A stretch of 64,000 nt of DNA from Rhodothermales bacterium. GTDB lineage: Bacteria > Bacteroidota > Rhodothermia > Rhodothermales > Bin80. Below are positions 50,801 to 59,399 of this stretch, piece by piece; the first letter of the stretch is position 1, and every line of letters starts with the position of its first letter. Where the stretch lies: positions 2,334,914-2,398,913 of the forward strand of contig OZ219799.1 of assembly GCA_964291275.2 (NCBI GenBank). Direction: 5' to 3'. The translations under genes were made by a program, and so were the position numbers. The notes under the pieces were generated by a model, which saw nothing but the letters and a program-made list of their open reading frames with translations, was not told the DNA's origin and ran no database searches.

Positions 50801-50896
50801 CGGGGAGATTATCGCCCTGGGCAAGATGCATATGATCGCCTAGCACAGCTGCAGAAGGAGCTTTCTGCAATCGTCAAGCAACTTGATGTGTTTTAA
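47876..50896 (+). CDS. Secreted BNR/Asp-box repeat protein, VPS10/sortilin-like double beta-propeller
   Basis: A signal peptide and repeated S-x-D-x-G-x-T-W motifs (STDGGESW, SVDGGKSW, SRDAGETW, TRDGGRTW, TQDGGETW); 1006 aa. Confidence 0.7.
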   Translation: MTINRHTVTWLLAFACMLFYTAAEAQTGELFKDLKFRYIGPSRGGRVTAVTGHKADPGTFYMGATGGGVWKTTDYGVSWENISDGYFETGSIGSIDVADTDPEIVYVGTGSDGIRSNVIIGRGMYKSTDGGESWEHIGLREAGQIGSVVVHPTNPQVVYVAALGNPFGSNPQRGVFKSVDGGKSWEHVLFVSERTGAVDIELAPGNPEIVYAALWRAERKPWTIISGDDGSENGVYVSRDAGETWSKSTEGLPQGLIGKIDFAVSPADPSRVYALVEAVPEEEGLYRSNDNGATWHVISTEGYLMTRPFYYTNVDADPTDADIVWVNNLALWRSVNGGEEWSRVGTPHGDNHDMWINPDDPRIIVQSNDGGANVTRDGGRTWSTQHNQPTAELYQVDVDERFPYWAYAGQQDNTTVAVPSLPPDSRPGGPTAYWEAIGGCETGPSVPSPVDATIVYSNCKGRFSRYNRASGQEQSYYVGGVNMYGVNPRKLPYRFQRVVPIEISPHDANVIYHGSQYVHRTMDEGRTWETISGDLTAFRPERQVISGGPITRDITGEEHYSTLYVIEVSPVEANVIWTGANDGPVHVTQDGGETWTEVTPPGMPPEGRIQTIDPSPHAAGKAYVAGYRYLLGDFRPYIYRTTDFGATWTLLTDGMNGIPEDFPTRVIREDPGKEGLLYAGTEFGLFVSLDDGITWERFQQGLPVTPITDLKVHREDLVVSTMGRGFWILDNITALHHATPEVINSEVHLFPIRDSYRVRYGSGGGNAAPMYPRPGMVIDYYFKEEQIGEVSLEIVNEEGEVVREIEAEELQPESAATQGMRGPVPRRSAATVLQRRPGMHRYTWNLRHDGFDMPDGGGSLSGPVLPPGMYTLRLHVDGTTFSQEGELLMDPRVAADNVSVSDLQAQLDFSLELMQVRVDAAEAVQRIESLMETSADEVHTDTLKGLHALLVTAVGDSYPQPMLIDQLRYLSGFVSRGDYRPGQDAYDRLAQLQKELSAIVKQLDVF

Positions 50897-51071
50897 GGCC
50901 GCCACGAATTATACAGTAAAGCGAAACATCGCTGTCGTATCGGCGAGCAGTAACCAATCCAATTGCTTGGGATACACGCTTGAGAGCGCCCGTAAAGTGT
51001 CCAATGTCATGCTGTTCGGGCGTATTGTAAGTAATCAAATTTGGTTGTGACGTAACAGGTTGGATATCAAA

Positions 51072-52097
51072 ATGAAGGAACCCCTACGAATAGCTGTTAT
51101 TGGGGCAGGGCGTATAGGGAAGATGCACGCGGAGCACATTGCCTATCACGTGCCACGTGCAAAGCTTGTATCGGTAGTCGATCTACGAGAAGAACTGGCA
51201 CAAGCCTGTGCAGCTGCCTGTGGACTTGGCGATTATGGAACGTCTGTCTCAAATATCCTGGATCGGAGCGATGTGGATGCGGTCGCAATCTGTACTTCAA
51301 GTACAACTCACACCGAAATCATTGAGGCTGCCGCCAGTGCAGGCAAACACATTTTTTGCGAAAAGCCCATAGACTTAACACTGGAGCGCATAGACAGCGC
51401 TCTGGAGGCTGTACAGTCAGCAGGTATTCTATTCCAGGTGGGATTTCAGAAACGCTTTGATCCCAGTTACCAACGTATTCGCCAGGCAATAGATAACGAT
51501 GAGATCGGTATACCATATTCAGTCCATATTGCCAGTCGGGATCCCGAACCACCACCGATAGAGTTTCTGCGCACTTCGGGTGGGTTGTTCCTTGATATGA
51601 CCATACATGACTTCGACATGTCCTGCTTCCTGATGGGGCACGACGTTTTGACGGTCTACGCCGCCGCCGCTGTCCGGGTTGATCCAGCCATCGGCACTAT
51701 CGGAGATGTAGATACAGCTACCATTGTGTTGCAGTACCGGGATGGCACACTGTTAACCATCGAAAACGGTCGGTCATCAGCGTTTGGCTACGATCAACGT
51801 GTAGAGGTTTTTGGAAGCAAGGGGAGTGTCCGAGTTGATAACTCTTACCCAAACACTGCAATTTTGTCGACCGGGGACAGCGTCCGCAGGGATGTACCTT
51901 ACCACTTTTTTCTAGACAGGTATAAGGAGGCATACATTGAGGAATTGCGGGCTTTTACCGAAGCTATTCTGGATGGTAAGCCGTCTCCACTCTCGGGAAG
52001 AGAGGCCAGGATGCCAGTTGTCATTGGTTTGGCTGCTAAGCTGTCACTGAAAACCGGGCGGCCCGTGGGGATTGCGGAGATCGCTCCTACCATTTGA
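51072..52097 (+). CDS. iolG: Gfo/Idh/MocA oxidoreductase, probable myo-inositol 2-dehydrogenase
   Basis: IAVIGAGRIGKMHAE Rossmann motif and HIFCEKP motif. Sits in the iol gene context. Confidence 0.65.
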   Translation: MKEPLRIAVIGAGRIGKMHAEHIAYHVPRAKLVSVVDLREELAQACAAACGLGDYGTSVSNILDRSDVDAVAICTSSTTHTEIIEAAASAGKHIFCEKPIDLTLERIDSALEAVQSAGILFQVGFQKRFDPSYQRIRQAIDNDEIGIPYSVHIASRDPEPPPIEFLRTSGGLFLDMTIHDFDMSCFLMGHDVLTVYAAAAVRVDPAIGTIGDVDTATIVLQYRDGTLLTIENGRSSAFGYDQRVEVFGSKGSVRVDNSYPNTAILSTGDSVRRDVPYHFFLDRYKEAYIEELRAFTEAILDGKPSPLSGREARMPVVIGLAAKLSLKTGRPVGIAEIAPTI

Positions 52098-52098
52098 C

Positions 52099-53154
52099 AT
52101 GACGAACATTGCGGCAGTTCTTGGAGCTGAGGCCGATAGTTTGCTCCAGCATCGGTGCACACATGTACCTGAATCGGCTATCAAAGCTTCTGGTTTGCAA
52201 CGTTTGAAGTCCATTGCAAGTAACTCAGATCGATCTCCCCAAGTACTGGCTGCCCTGCAAATGCTATACGGTGCAGGCCGCTTGGGAGGAACCGGATACC
52301 TGAGTCTACTTCCTGTGGATCATGGGATTGCTCACACGGCTGGCATGGTCTTCGCCCCCAATCCAGTATATCTGGATCCAGCTGCCATCCTTCAACTGGC
52401 GGAGAGAGGAGGGAGTAGCGGTCTTGTGAGCACATATGGGGTTTTGGGAGCAATCGCCAGAATGTCTCGGCGAAAGGTGCCACTGGTGCTTAAGCTCAAT
52501 CACGATAATCAGTTTACTTGGCCCGCACATTACGAAAATATTCTCTTTGCCCGTGTGCGCGAAGCTGTGCAAATGGGCTGTGTAGCTGTCGCAGCTACGG
52601 TGTATTTCGGGGGGCCGGGGGCACGCCGTGAGCTGCAATTAGTGTCATCTCTATTCGCTGAGGCTCACAGCGTGGGTATGGCGACCATTTTGTTCAGTTA
52701 CTTACATCCAAAGGCCCTTCAAGCGGGGGGAAAGGATGTGATATTTTCGGCGGATCTGACTGCCGAGGCGAACCATCAGGCGGCTACCGTACAGGCTGAT
52801 TTGATTAAGCAGAAGCAACCGTTATGGACAGGCGGGGCGAAGGCTTTAGGGGCAGATTATGGGCGCAGTGATGAGCGGATCTACAGTGAATTGTCGTCTT
52901 CGCATCCCATTGACCTTACCAGGTACCAAGTTCTGGCCAGTTATGCTGGGAGCGTGGGCTTAATCCATTCGGGAGGCGCCAAGGGGGAGAATGATATAGC
53001 TCAAGCTGTCCGTGCGGCTGTGATCAATAAGCGGGGTGGCGGCACGGGGCTTATTGCGGGCCGCAAGGCTTTTCAGGTGCCCTTGCTAGAGGGGGTTCAG
53101 CTCCTGAACGCAATCCAGGATGTTTACCTGAATCCCGAGATCACGGTCGCGTGA
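52099..53154 (+). CDS. Class I aldolase (DhnA/FbaB/LsrF family); candidate 5-dehydro-2-deoxyphosphogluconate aldolase
   Basis: Family-like segments LLPVDHGIAH and ADLIKQK (candidate Schiff-base Lys region). It begins immediately after iolG. The functional assignment is inferred from context. Confidence 0.5.
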   Translation: MTNIAAVLGAEADSLLQHRCTHVPESAIKASGLQRLKSIASNSDRSPQVLAALQMLYGAGRLGGTGYLSLLPVDHGIAHTAGMVFAPNPVYLDPAAILQLAERGGSSGLVSTYGVLGAIARMSRRKVPLVLKLNHDNQFTWPAHYENILFARVREAVQMGCVAVAATVYFGGPGARRELQLVSSLFAEAHSVGMATILFSYLHPKALQAGGKDVIFSADLTAEANHQAATVQADLIKQKQPLWTGGAKALGADYGRSDERIYSELSSSHPIDLTRYQVLASYAGSVGLIHSGGAKGENDIAQAVRAAVINKRGGGTGLIAGRKAFQVPLLEGVQLLNAIQDVYLNPEITVA

Positions 53155-53529
53155 GTGTGGGGTTCAGGCCGATCGTGGCGGGAGTTGCATATTCCACAGA
53201 AAAACTTCCTCCGTATCTATATCCAGATTCGACGTCAAATGACGTACCAAATCGCTGAAATGGCGCAAAAGATACAGACGCAACTGATGACCAGACGCTC
53301 CAGATTCTTGAAGCAGGTGATCAAGCTGTGAAAAATCATCGGAAAGGATCATAGATCAATCGGAAATGGTTAATGTGAATCAGTTGAATCGCTCAAGCCC
53401 ATCATAAACCAGTTCGCAAAAGATCAACTAAATCCGGGACATCCCCATGCACTAATTCGGTCCTGCCACCGTTCTCTTCTTTTGTGGAAGTTTGACTTTT
53501 ATCACAACTACCGCAGTAGAGCACAAAAC

Positions 53530-53571
53530 AAAAAGGGTATCCCCTCCATACGTCAAGGGATACCCTTTTTG
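53530..53571. terminator. Bidirectional intrinsic terminator between convergent genes
   Basis: acaaaaa-GGGTATCCC-ctccatacgtcaa-GGGATACCC-ttttt. A 9-bp GC-rich stem with a T-run on both strands. Confidence 0.75.
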
Positions 53572-53586
53572 CTCTAACACAAGCTA

Positions 53587-55023
53587 CTATTTCACAAGCG
53601 TCATTTTACCGCTAAGATGATACCCGGCAACAGCTAACCGGTAGATGTATGTACCAGAAGACAAGTCGGTCGCATTAAAAGTAGCGGTGTACTTGCCAGT
53701 AACTAGGTGCTCGTCAACGAGTGTAGCAACCTCCCTACCCAGTACATCATAGACCTTTAGAGTAGCCAAACCCGCATCTTTTATTTCAAACTCAATATTG
53801 GTCTGAGGATTGAACGGGTTGGGGTAGTTCTGCGACAGGGTAAACCCATCTGGAATCTCAGTCGGATCTCGGTCAATACTCGTGACCATGCCCCGCATGA
53901 ATTTCTTATACACGAAACCCCGGTTAAGCGGTTCAGGATTATCATTAGGGATCCAGACACAAGTATCATCGCCCTCAACACGACTCACCGCTTGAAGTGC
54001 TGCCCATATGCCTACGTAAGCATAAACTCCGTCTTGCGAAAACCCGACGGAACGAGCATCTCTGTTCTCGCCTGCACCACAGTAATTAAATGGCGAATCA
54101 AACTTGAGGCTATCAACAATTACATCCTCGGCTTCAGGATCAAGCGCATACCAAGTTAACTCGCTGCCAGGACGAAAAACAACATCATTGTCACCAGGTG
54201 GCTCAATTAATCCTGAGTGACCTAGCCAGATGTGCCCAGTAGTGGGATGTCGAACACTTGAAGTAGCGACAAGCCCCTCATGAACTAGCCCCAACGAATC
54301 ATATGAAGAAAATTCGTCGGCACGATGGTACTTATACGTACCTCGATGGGTAAATGCCGTCCAGTATACAGAATTCCCATCAGCGCTGACCTCCAAGGTA
54401 CGTCCAATACCTGGGGAATTCAGGGATACAATACCAAGAAATCGAAAATCGGGGTCGAGTATAGAAATTGGGGCAGATGAAGCTACCGGAGCTACATATA
54501 TATTCCCGGCTGCATCAATTCCTGGAGCGGCCGGAGAACCAAACGGAAATTCGATCCTATTCATGACCTCCCCGGTTTTATGATTGAGCCGAACCATTAA
54601 GCTAGCAGTACTTCCTAACACTACAATAATGTCTCCATTATGGTCGGCCTTAATTCCTCGAATATCGACCCTAGGAGCATCCCAAGAAATGCTATCCATT
54701 ATGGCGTTACCCTGGGCATCTACATAATTGAGGGCAGTGATAGGATCCATCGCTCTGGTGCCATCGGGATTAAAGACATGGATGGCCGAATTCGAAACGT
54801 TTTCCCCATCAGCGTTTTTCAACGTGTCACCGCTGGCAAGAGTTAGAAATTCAGGATAGTATTGCGAAAGCCAAACCTTGCCTTCTGCATCAACGGCCAG
54901 CCCATGAGCTCCACGCCAGAATGTACTCGAATCGGGGAATACGTCCCCGTTAATCCAATTCTGCGCGCTAGCAGAACTGCTAGCAAGAAGAAGGGCTGCG
55001 AATAGTACAGTTTTACGAATCAT
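53587..55023 (-). CDS. Secreted beta-propeller-like protein with T9SS C-terminal sorting domain
   Basis: A signal peptide (start taken at MIRKTVLFAALLL). The C-terminus reads NYPNPFNPQTNIEFEI...GTYIYRL. Confidence 0.7.
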   Translation of the reverse strand: MIRKTVLFAALLLASSSASAQNWINGDVFPDSSTFWRGAHGLAVDAEGKVWLSQYYPEFLTLASGDTLKNADGENVSNSAIHVFNPDGTRAMDPITALNYVDAQGNAIMDSISWDAPRVDIRGIKADHNGDIIVVLGSTASLMVRLNHKTGEVMNRIEFPFGSPAAPGIDAAGNIYVAPVASSAPISILDPDFRFLGIVSLNSPGIGRTLEVSADGNSVYWTAFTHRGTYKYHRADEFSSYDSLGLVHEGLVATSSVRHPTTGHIWLGHSGLIEPPGDNDVVFRPGSELTWYALDPEAEDVIVDSLKFDSPFNYCGAGENRDARSVGFSQDGVYAYVGIWAALQAVSRVEGDDTCVWIPNDNPEPLNRGFVYKKFMRGMVTSIDRDPTEIPDGFTLSQNYPNPFNPQTNIEFEIKDAGLATLKVYDVLGREVATLVDEHLVTGKYTATFNATDLSSGTYIYRLAVAGYHLSGKMTLVK

Positions 55024-55098
55024 GGTAACAAGAAAGTTGGTTAAGAGTGTGCGTGCCGAAAGTGATGCTCCCCGCGCCAAAAAGAAAAATCCTCATGC

Positions 55099-56310
55099 TC
55101 ATTCGCGTGTTGTAATACGAATGATGCCAGCAGCAACCGTTTCGGTTGAATTGGTCGCAGCATAAAGTTGCCTTTGCATGCCCCATGCAAACCTCCGAGC
55201 AGGCTGGGTTAAAACGCCAGGATACAGCGACTGACCAACTCCATCAGGATCCACTACGACTACAGGGTCAGTAGCATCAGTTCCAATGAATAAATGTCCC
55301 GCGGCAGAAAATGCTAGGGCGAACGCCGTCGCTCCATTAAATGAAGTCATATCAAAGACTTCCTCTGGTGCTCCTAAGGTACCACTAGAATCTATCTTAA
55401 AGCGCCAAATCTTACTGTTTCCATTCTCAATCGCCGCTAGGTACAGAAAATCACCGAACAAAACGATATCCTGAACATCAGCATTGAACTCATAACTTTG
55501 GATGGTTTTATCAGGCGAGATCCTGTAAAGTTCCGCATTATCGCCTGCAGCCCATATTTGGCCACTATTATCAATTGCAATTGTGCTTAACCTGACAGCA
55601 TTGTTCGGAATTACAGCAAATACTTCAGGGTTCGTTCCACTTCCCTGAAACCTAAAAATGGCTCGAACAAATCGAACGGCATACAAATAGTCGTCTGCTC
55701 CAAACGCCAAGTCGGCCCAAAAGAATGTGGAACTAATAAATTCACTACGCTCCCCGTCTGGAGATATCCGAATGATGCCAACCGGTATACTGAACGCCAC
55801 CAGGGAAGCATATAAATTTCCCGACGGATCCGTGGTGATTCCATATATATCTTCAAAATCCCGGATGTCACCAAATTCAATAAATGGAGGGTCCAGTCCG
55901 TAAGAGACACTATTACTGAAGTTTTCAGCACCAATAACCACGAGGCGAAGTTGCAATTCAGGCTGTGGACTATTTGGAGCGACCATACGAAGCTGTGTGG
56001 ACGAGGCCTCAACTACATCCGCACGAGCATCGCCAAAGTATACCAGATTGTCGGTGGTCTGTGTTGAAAAATTTTGACCCGTGATCGTTACTATATCTAC
56101 TCCGGCCAAAGCCCTGTCCTCAGGGATCACATCCTCAATGACCGGATCAGGTAAACTGGTGCGGTTTGGATCGTAAATGCTTGGCGCCGTTCCCGAGTCA
56201 CAACCCAGTAACAGTGCTGTACACAGGATACCGCAAATAAGCAGGGCACAACATCCCTGCCTATAGCGAAAATCGTACGGCAAGACGTTGTACATTTGAT
56301 AAAACTCCAA
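55099..56310 (-). CDS. Lipoprotein with IPT/TIG domain followed by beta-propeller-like repeats
   Basis: Lipobox LLLGC and an IPT-like VDIVTITGQNFS...VYFGD segment. The start (56310 or 56295) overlaps the end of the upstream gene. Confidence 0.6.
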   Translation of the reverse strand: MEFYQMYNVLPYDFRYRQGCCALLICGILCTALLLGCDSGTAPSIYDPNRTSLPDPVIEDVIPEDRALAGVDIVTITGQNFSTQTTDNLVYFGDARADVVEASSTQLRMVAPNSPQPELQLRLVVIGAENFSNSVSYGLDPPFIEFGDIRDFEDIYGITTDPSGNLYASLVAFSIPVGIIRISPDGERSEFISSTFFWADLAFGADDYLYAVRFVRAIFRFQGSGTNPEVFAVIPNNAVRLSTIAIDNSGQIWAAGDNAELYRISPDKTIQSYEFNADVQDIVLFGDFLYLAAIENGNSKIWRFKIDSSGTLGAPEEVFDMTSFNGATAFALAFSAAGHLFIGTDATDPVVVVDPDGVGQSLYPGVLTQPARRFAWGMQRQLYAATNSTETVAAGIIRITTRE

Positions 56311-57265
56311 AATCGGTGAATGAATAGTCTGCTCCGAATCCGAATCTTCGGAGTGACTGTTTCAGCCCAAAACCAACACTGAAACCCTGTTCATCGGTTG
56401 GAAAAGCATAGCCTGCTCGAAGGATGAACGTGTTCAAAAAGACATATTCAGTGCCAACCTTTATTTGTTCAGAAAAATCGCGTGGATTTGAAGCATCAAT
56501 GGAAAGTAGTAATTGGTGCATATTGGCCCCCTGAGTAAAAAGATCCACCATGTTCATGGAGACGCCAATATTGAGTGTCAGCGGCAGCGCAACGCTCTCT
56601 TCACTGAATGTAATCTCCGGTGCAAAATTTCGAGCGCTGACCGCAAAATTGAGGCTTCGAAAACCAGTCTTGTATAGAACTCCAAAATCATAAGCCAAAA
56701 CCCCCTCCTCAACGTTCTCCCGTACATAGTCGCCTCCATCAGCAATCCCCATCACCGAGTTGGCCAGGAATTGATTGGCCCACTTGAACTGGGCTCCCAC
56801 TGAAAAGCGCTCTGAGAGTTTACGTGCATACCCAATGCCAAAACTCCACGCAGACGGCGAAAAGGTGCCTACATCTAAAAACCCCTGATCGTTATCAAAG
56901 CGTATAGTTTCTTCCAGTTCACCATAATCAACCATGACAAATGAAAACCCGATAACCCCCAAACGCCCGCTCCCTGGACGGAAAGAGATACTTCCCACGG
57001 AGTAATTGATTTCAGCAATCCATTGCGTTTGTCCAACTGTAACATCCAAATTGCTCTCCTGCCAAGCCATCCCGCTGGGATTGTAGAACAACGAAGCAGA
57101 CCCATGCTCAATTGCAGTAAGCGCATCTCCTAAACCAGCAGCACGAGGACTCACGGACACGGACAAAAACTTCATCGCGGTCTGAGCGAGTTTTTTCTGC
57201 TGCGCTGAGACAGAAACTGCGGTAAACAGTGGCAAAAATAGCAGTATGTACATCCATCGCCTCAT
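56261..57265 (-). CDS. PorV/PorQ-family outer-membrane beta-barrel protein
   Basis: A signal peptide. GLGDALTAIEHGSASLFYNPSGMA resembles the conserved N-terminal block of the family. The pattern ends in an aromatic-rich barrel terminus. Confidence 0.6.
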   Translation of the reverse strand: MRRWMYILLFLPLFTAVSVSAQQKKLAQTAMKFLSVSVSPRAAGLGDALTAIEHGSASLFYNPSGMAWQESNLDVTVGQTQWIAEINYSVGSISFRPGSGRLGVIGFSFVMVDYGELEETIRFDNDQGFLDVGTFSPSAWSFGIGYARKLSERFSVGAQFKWANQFLANSVMGIADGGDYVRENVEEGVLAYDFGVLYKTGFRSLNFAVSARNFAPEITFSEESVALPLTLNIGVSMNMVDLFTQGANMHQLLLSIDASNPRDFSEQIKVGTEYVFLNTFILRAGYAFPTDEQGFSVGFGLKQSLRRFGFGADYSFTDFGVLSNVQRLAVRFSL

Positions 57266-57272
57266 ACTACCA

Positions 57273-59396
57273 TTAACGGATAATGACAAACTTCTTGTAA
57301 ATTCTCTCACCTGTATCTAAATCGGTGATCACCGCGATATATACACCACTAGATACAATTTGCCTCGACAATGTCGTATGATCCCAAAATTCATCCCCGC
57401 TTCCATCGGTGTGCTCAATCTCATCTACCAGTTCTCCCAGATCCGTGTAAATCGCAATCGTACAGCGACCAGGGATATTAAAAAACGCCAGCTTATCCGT
57501 TTGGTCTGGAAAACGTACGAATGGGCTTGACGCAATGTTAAATGGATTTGGAACGATTCGAACGTCTGATAAAGCAGTCCCGGCCGGTCTTTTTAAGCGA
57601 GTCGGCGTGTAGGTCTGTGTCGCATACCGGGAACTCCGTAATGCCCGTCCGGATGGAGTGAGGCCAGTGCCATCATTTTGGCTGGCACTCTGTACACCGA
57701 CAATGTAGTAGTAATAGTCAATCCCGCGAATCGGCGTGGTGTCATCAAAACTCGTGTCCCCACTGGATGCAGTATGGACAAGTGTGTATGTACTATCATA
57801 ACGACCTTGGGCACGATAAATCTCCCAGTTTTCTGGCAAGGATTCCGTCTCATTGGGAGACCAGGTTAAACGAATGCGATCACCTCCTCCATCTACCTCA
57901 AAGATACTTGGTGGAGCCGGTGCACGAGGAATTGTGTATTCCGATGCATAATTGGCAATCGCCCTTCGAAACGTTTGGAAAAGTGAATCCCGACTCGTGA
58001 ACACCCATTCATTCTTTGTCATCGTATGGGCCTGGCCATGCACTTCATATATAATCGGTGCGCTATCATTTGCACCAGAGTTCTTGTAGGCTCGACCAAT
58101 CGCCGAATTCGCCTCACGGCTCAGTCCTGAAGCTGCCTCTGCAATGACGATTCGTACGCTTTCTCCAGGAGCTATTGTATAAGGACCATAACCATTAGCA
58201 TTGGAGAACCCGCCTGGCGTCCCCAAGCTCGGATCACCAATTGGGTCCAGGAATCCTGGGAGACCTGTGGGTTCGACCACATCCGCGTGGCGTGGAGACT
58301 TATGGCCTCCAGACATCACGTTGTATTCCACCTCCATTTTTGCTGGATTAAATGCGTCATTTTGTGACTGATACGGCTCGTCAGAGCCAATCCAGGAGGT
58401 TGTGCTAGGCTGGCTCGGGTCATCCGTCCGATCGGAAGGTGATGTATCAGCATGGATAGTAACAATCCCGGCAAACTGGGAAGCCCCCAAGCGACCTGTC
58501 GTGTCGGTAGGTGCAATGTTAACCGCCGGGAGTGCCTGCGGCAGGATCGGTCCACCAATATTGTCATAAGCATTAAAGGGCGGAAACTTGCCATGCCATA
58601 CAAACTGAGCACGAAAATCTTCACCTATAGGATCCGCTCTGACTCCATCTCCGCGAGTATCCAACATTGCATTTAATCCCCAACCTGTACCGTTTCCGAT
58701 GACATACCGGGTTTCCTTAGCTACCGAGAGACGCCATTGAAAAAAGAAGTAGACGCCTTCCAGCGTCTGACCGGGGAGCTCAATATCTGGATCATCATCA
58801 ACATTCCCCGTATTCGTGAACGTATATTCGAAGATGTGGTAGTTGTCGTGATATTCCTGCGTGAACTGGAGGATCTTGCGCTCCATCGTGATACCAAGGA
58901 GTGTATTCGCCTCATTTACGATCATCACATCAGCATCAATGGATGGATCGGAATCATCTGCCACCATAGCTGTCTCTGGCTCTGTAATTGCACCATCTAC
59001 AAATACAATTGTAGGAGGCAGGCGGCTGATCAATTCAAAGCGAGTTGGAAAAAATTCTCCTCCCCCAGATACTCGTGGCCCAGCATGCACTACCCGACGC
59101 GCATAATTTGTCCCAAGATCATCCGTTACATCCACGGCGCCGATCCACAATGCTTTTGCTGCCTGCATGTCCGTGAACCGGTAAATACCGGGCCAGCGAA
59201 GTCCGTCCTGCTGTGTACCCACAAAACCACACGACTCACACTCAGCGCCAATCTCAGAGTACCAGTTATGCAAAGATCCTGCTGATAACCACTTGTTGAT
59301 GAACTGGGCCTGAACAACAGAAACGGGAACCAAGATCATAATCAGCACCGATAGCGAGGTGGATCGAATCATCCAAGTTGTAACAGATTGCAGCAT
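57273..59396 (-). CDS. Large secreted hypothetical protein with FN3-like and C-terminal FlgD-Ig/T9SS-like domain
   Basis: A signal peptide, an RIRLTWSPNE...WEIYRA (FN3-like) segment, and a C-terminal VRIVPNPFN...GVYIAVITD segment. Confidence 0.55.
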   Translation of the reverse strand: MLQSVTTWMIRSTSLSVLIMILVPVSVVQAQFINKWLSAGSLHNWYSEIGAECESCGFVGTQQDGLRWPGIYRFTDMQAAKALWIGAVDVTDDLGTNYARRVVHAGPRVSGGGEFFPTRFELISRLPPTIVFVDGAITEPETAMVADDSDPSIDADVMIVNEANTLLGITMERKILQFTQEYHDNYHIFEYTFTNTGNVDDDPDIELPGQTLEGVYFFFQWRLSVAKETRYVIGNGTGWGLNAMLDTRGDGVRADPIGEDFRAQFVWHGKFPPFNAYDNIGGPILPQALPAVNIAPTDTTGRLGASQFAGIVTIHADTSPSDRTDDPSQPSTTSWIGSDEPYQSQNDAFNPAKMEVEYNVMSGGHKSPRHADVVEPTGLPGFLDPIGDPSLGTPGGFSNANGYGPYTIAPGESVRIVIAEAASGLSREANSAIGRAYKNSGANDSAPIIYEVHGQAHTMTKNEWVFTSRDSLFQTFRRAIANYASEYTIPRAPAPPSIFEVDGGGDRIRLTWSPNETESLPENWEIYRAQGRYDSTYTLVHTASSGDTSFDDTTPIRGIDYYYYIVGVQSASQNDGTGLTPSGRALRSSRYATQTYTPTRLKRPAGTALSDVRIVPNPFNIASSPFVRFPDQTDKLAFFNIPGRCTIAIYTDLGELVDEIEHTDGSGDEFWDHTTLSRQIVSSGVYIAVITDLDTGERIYKKFVIIR

Positions 59397-59399
59397 GAC

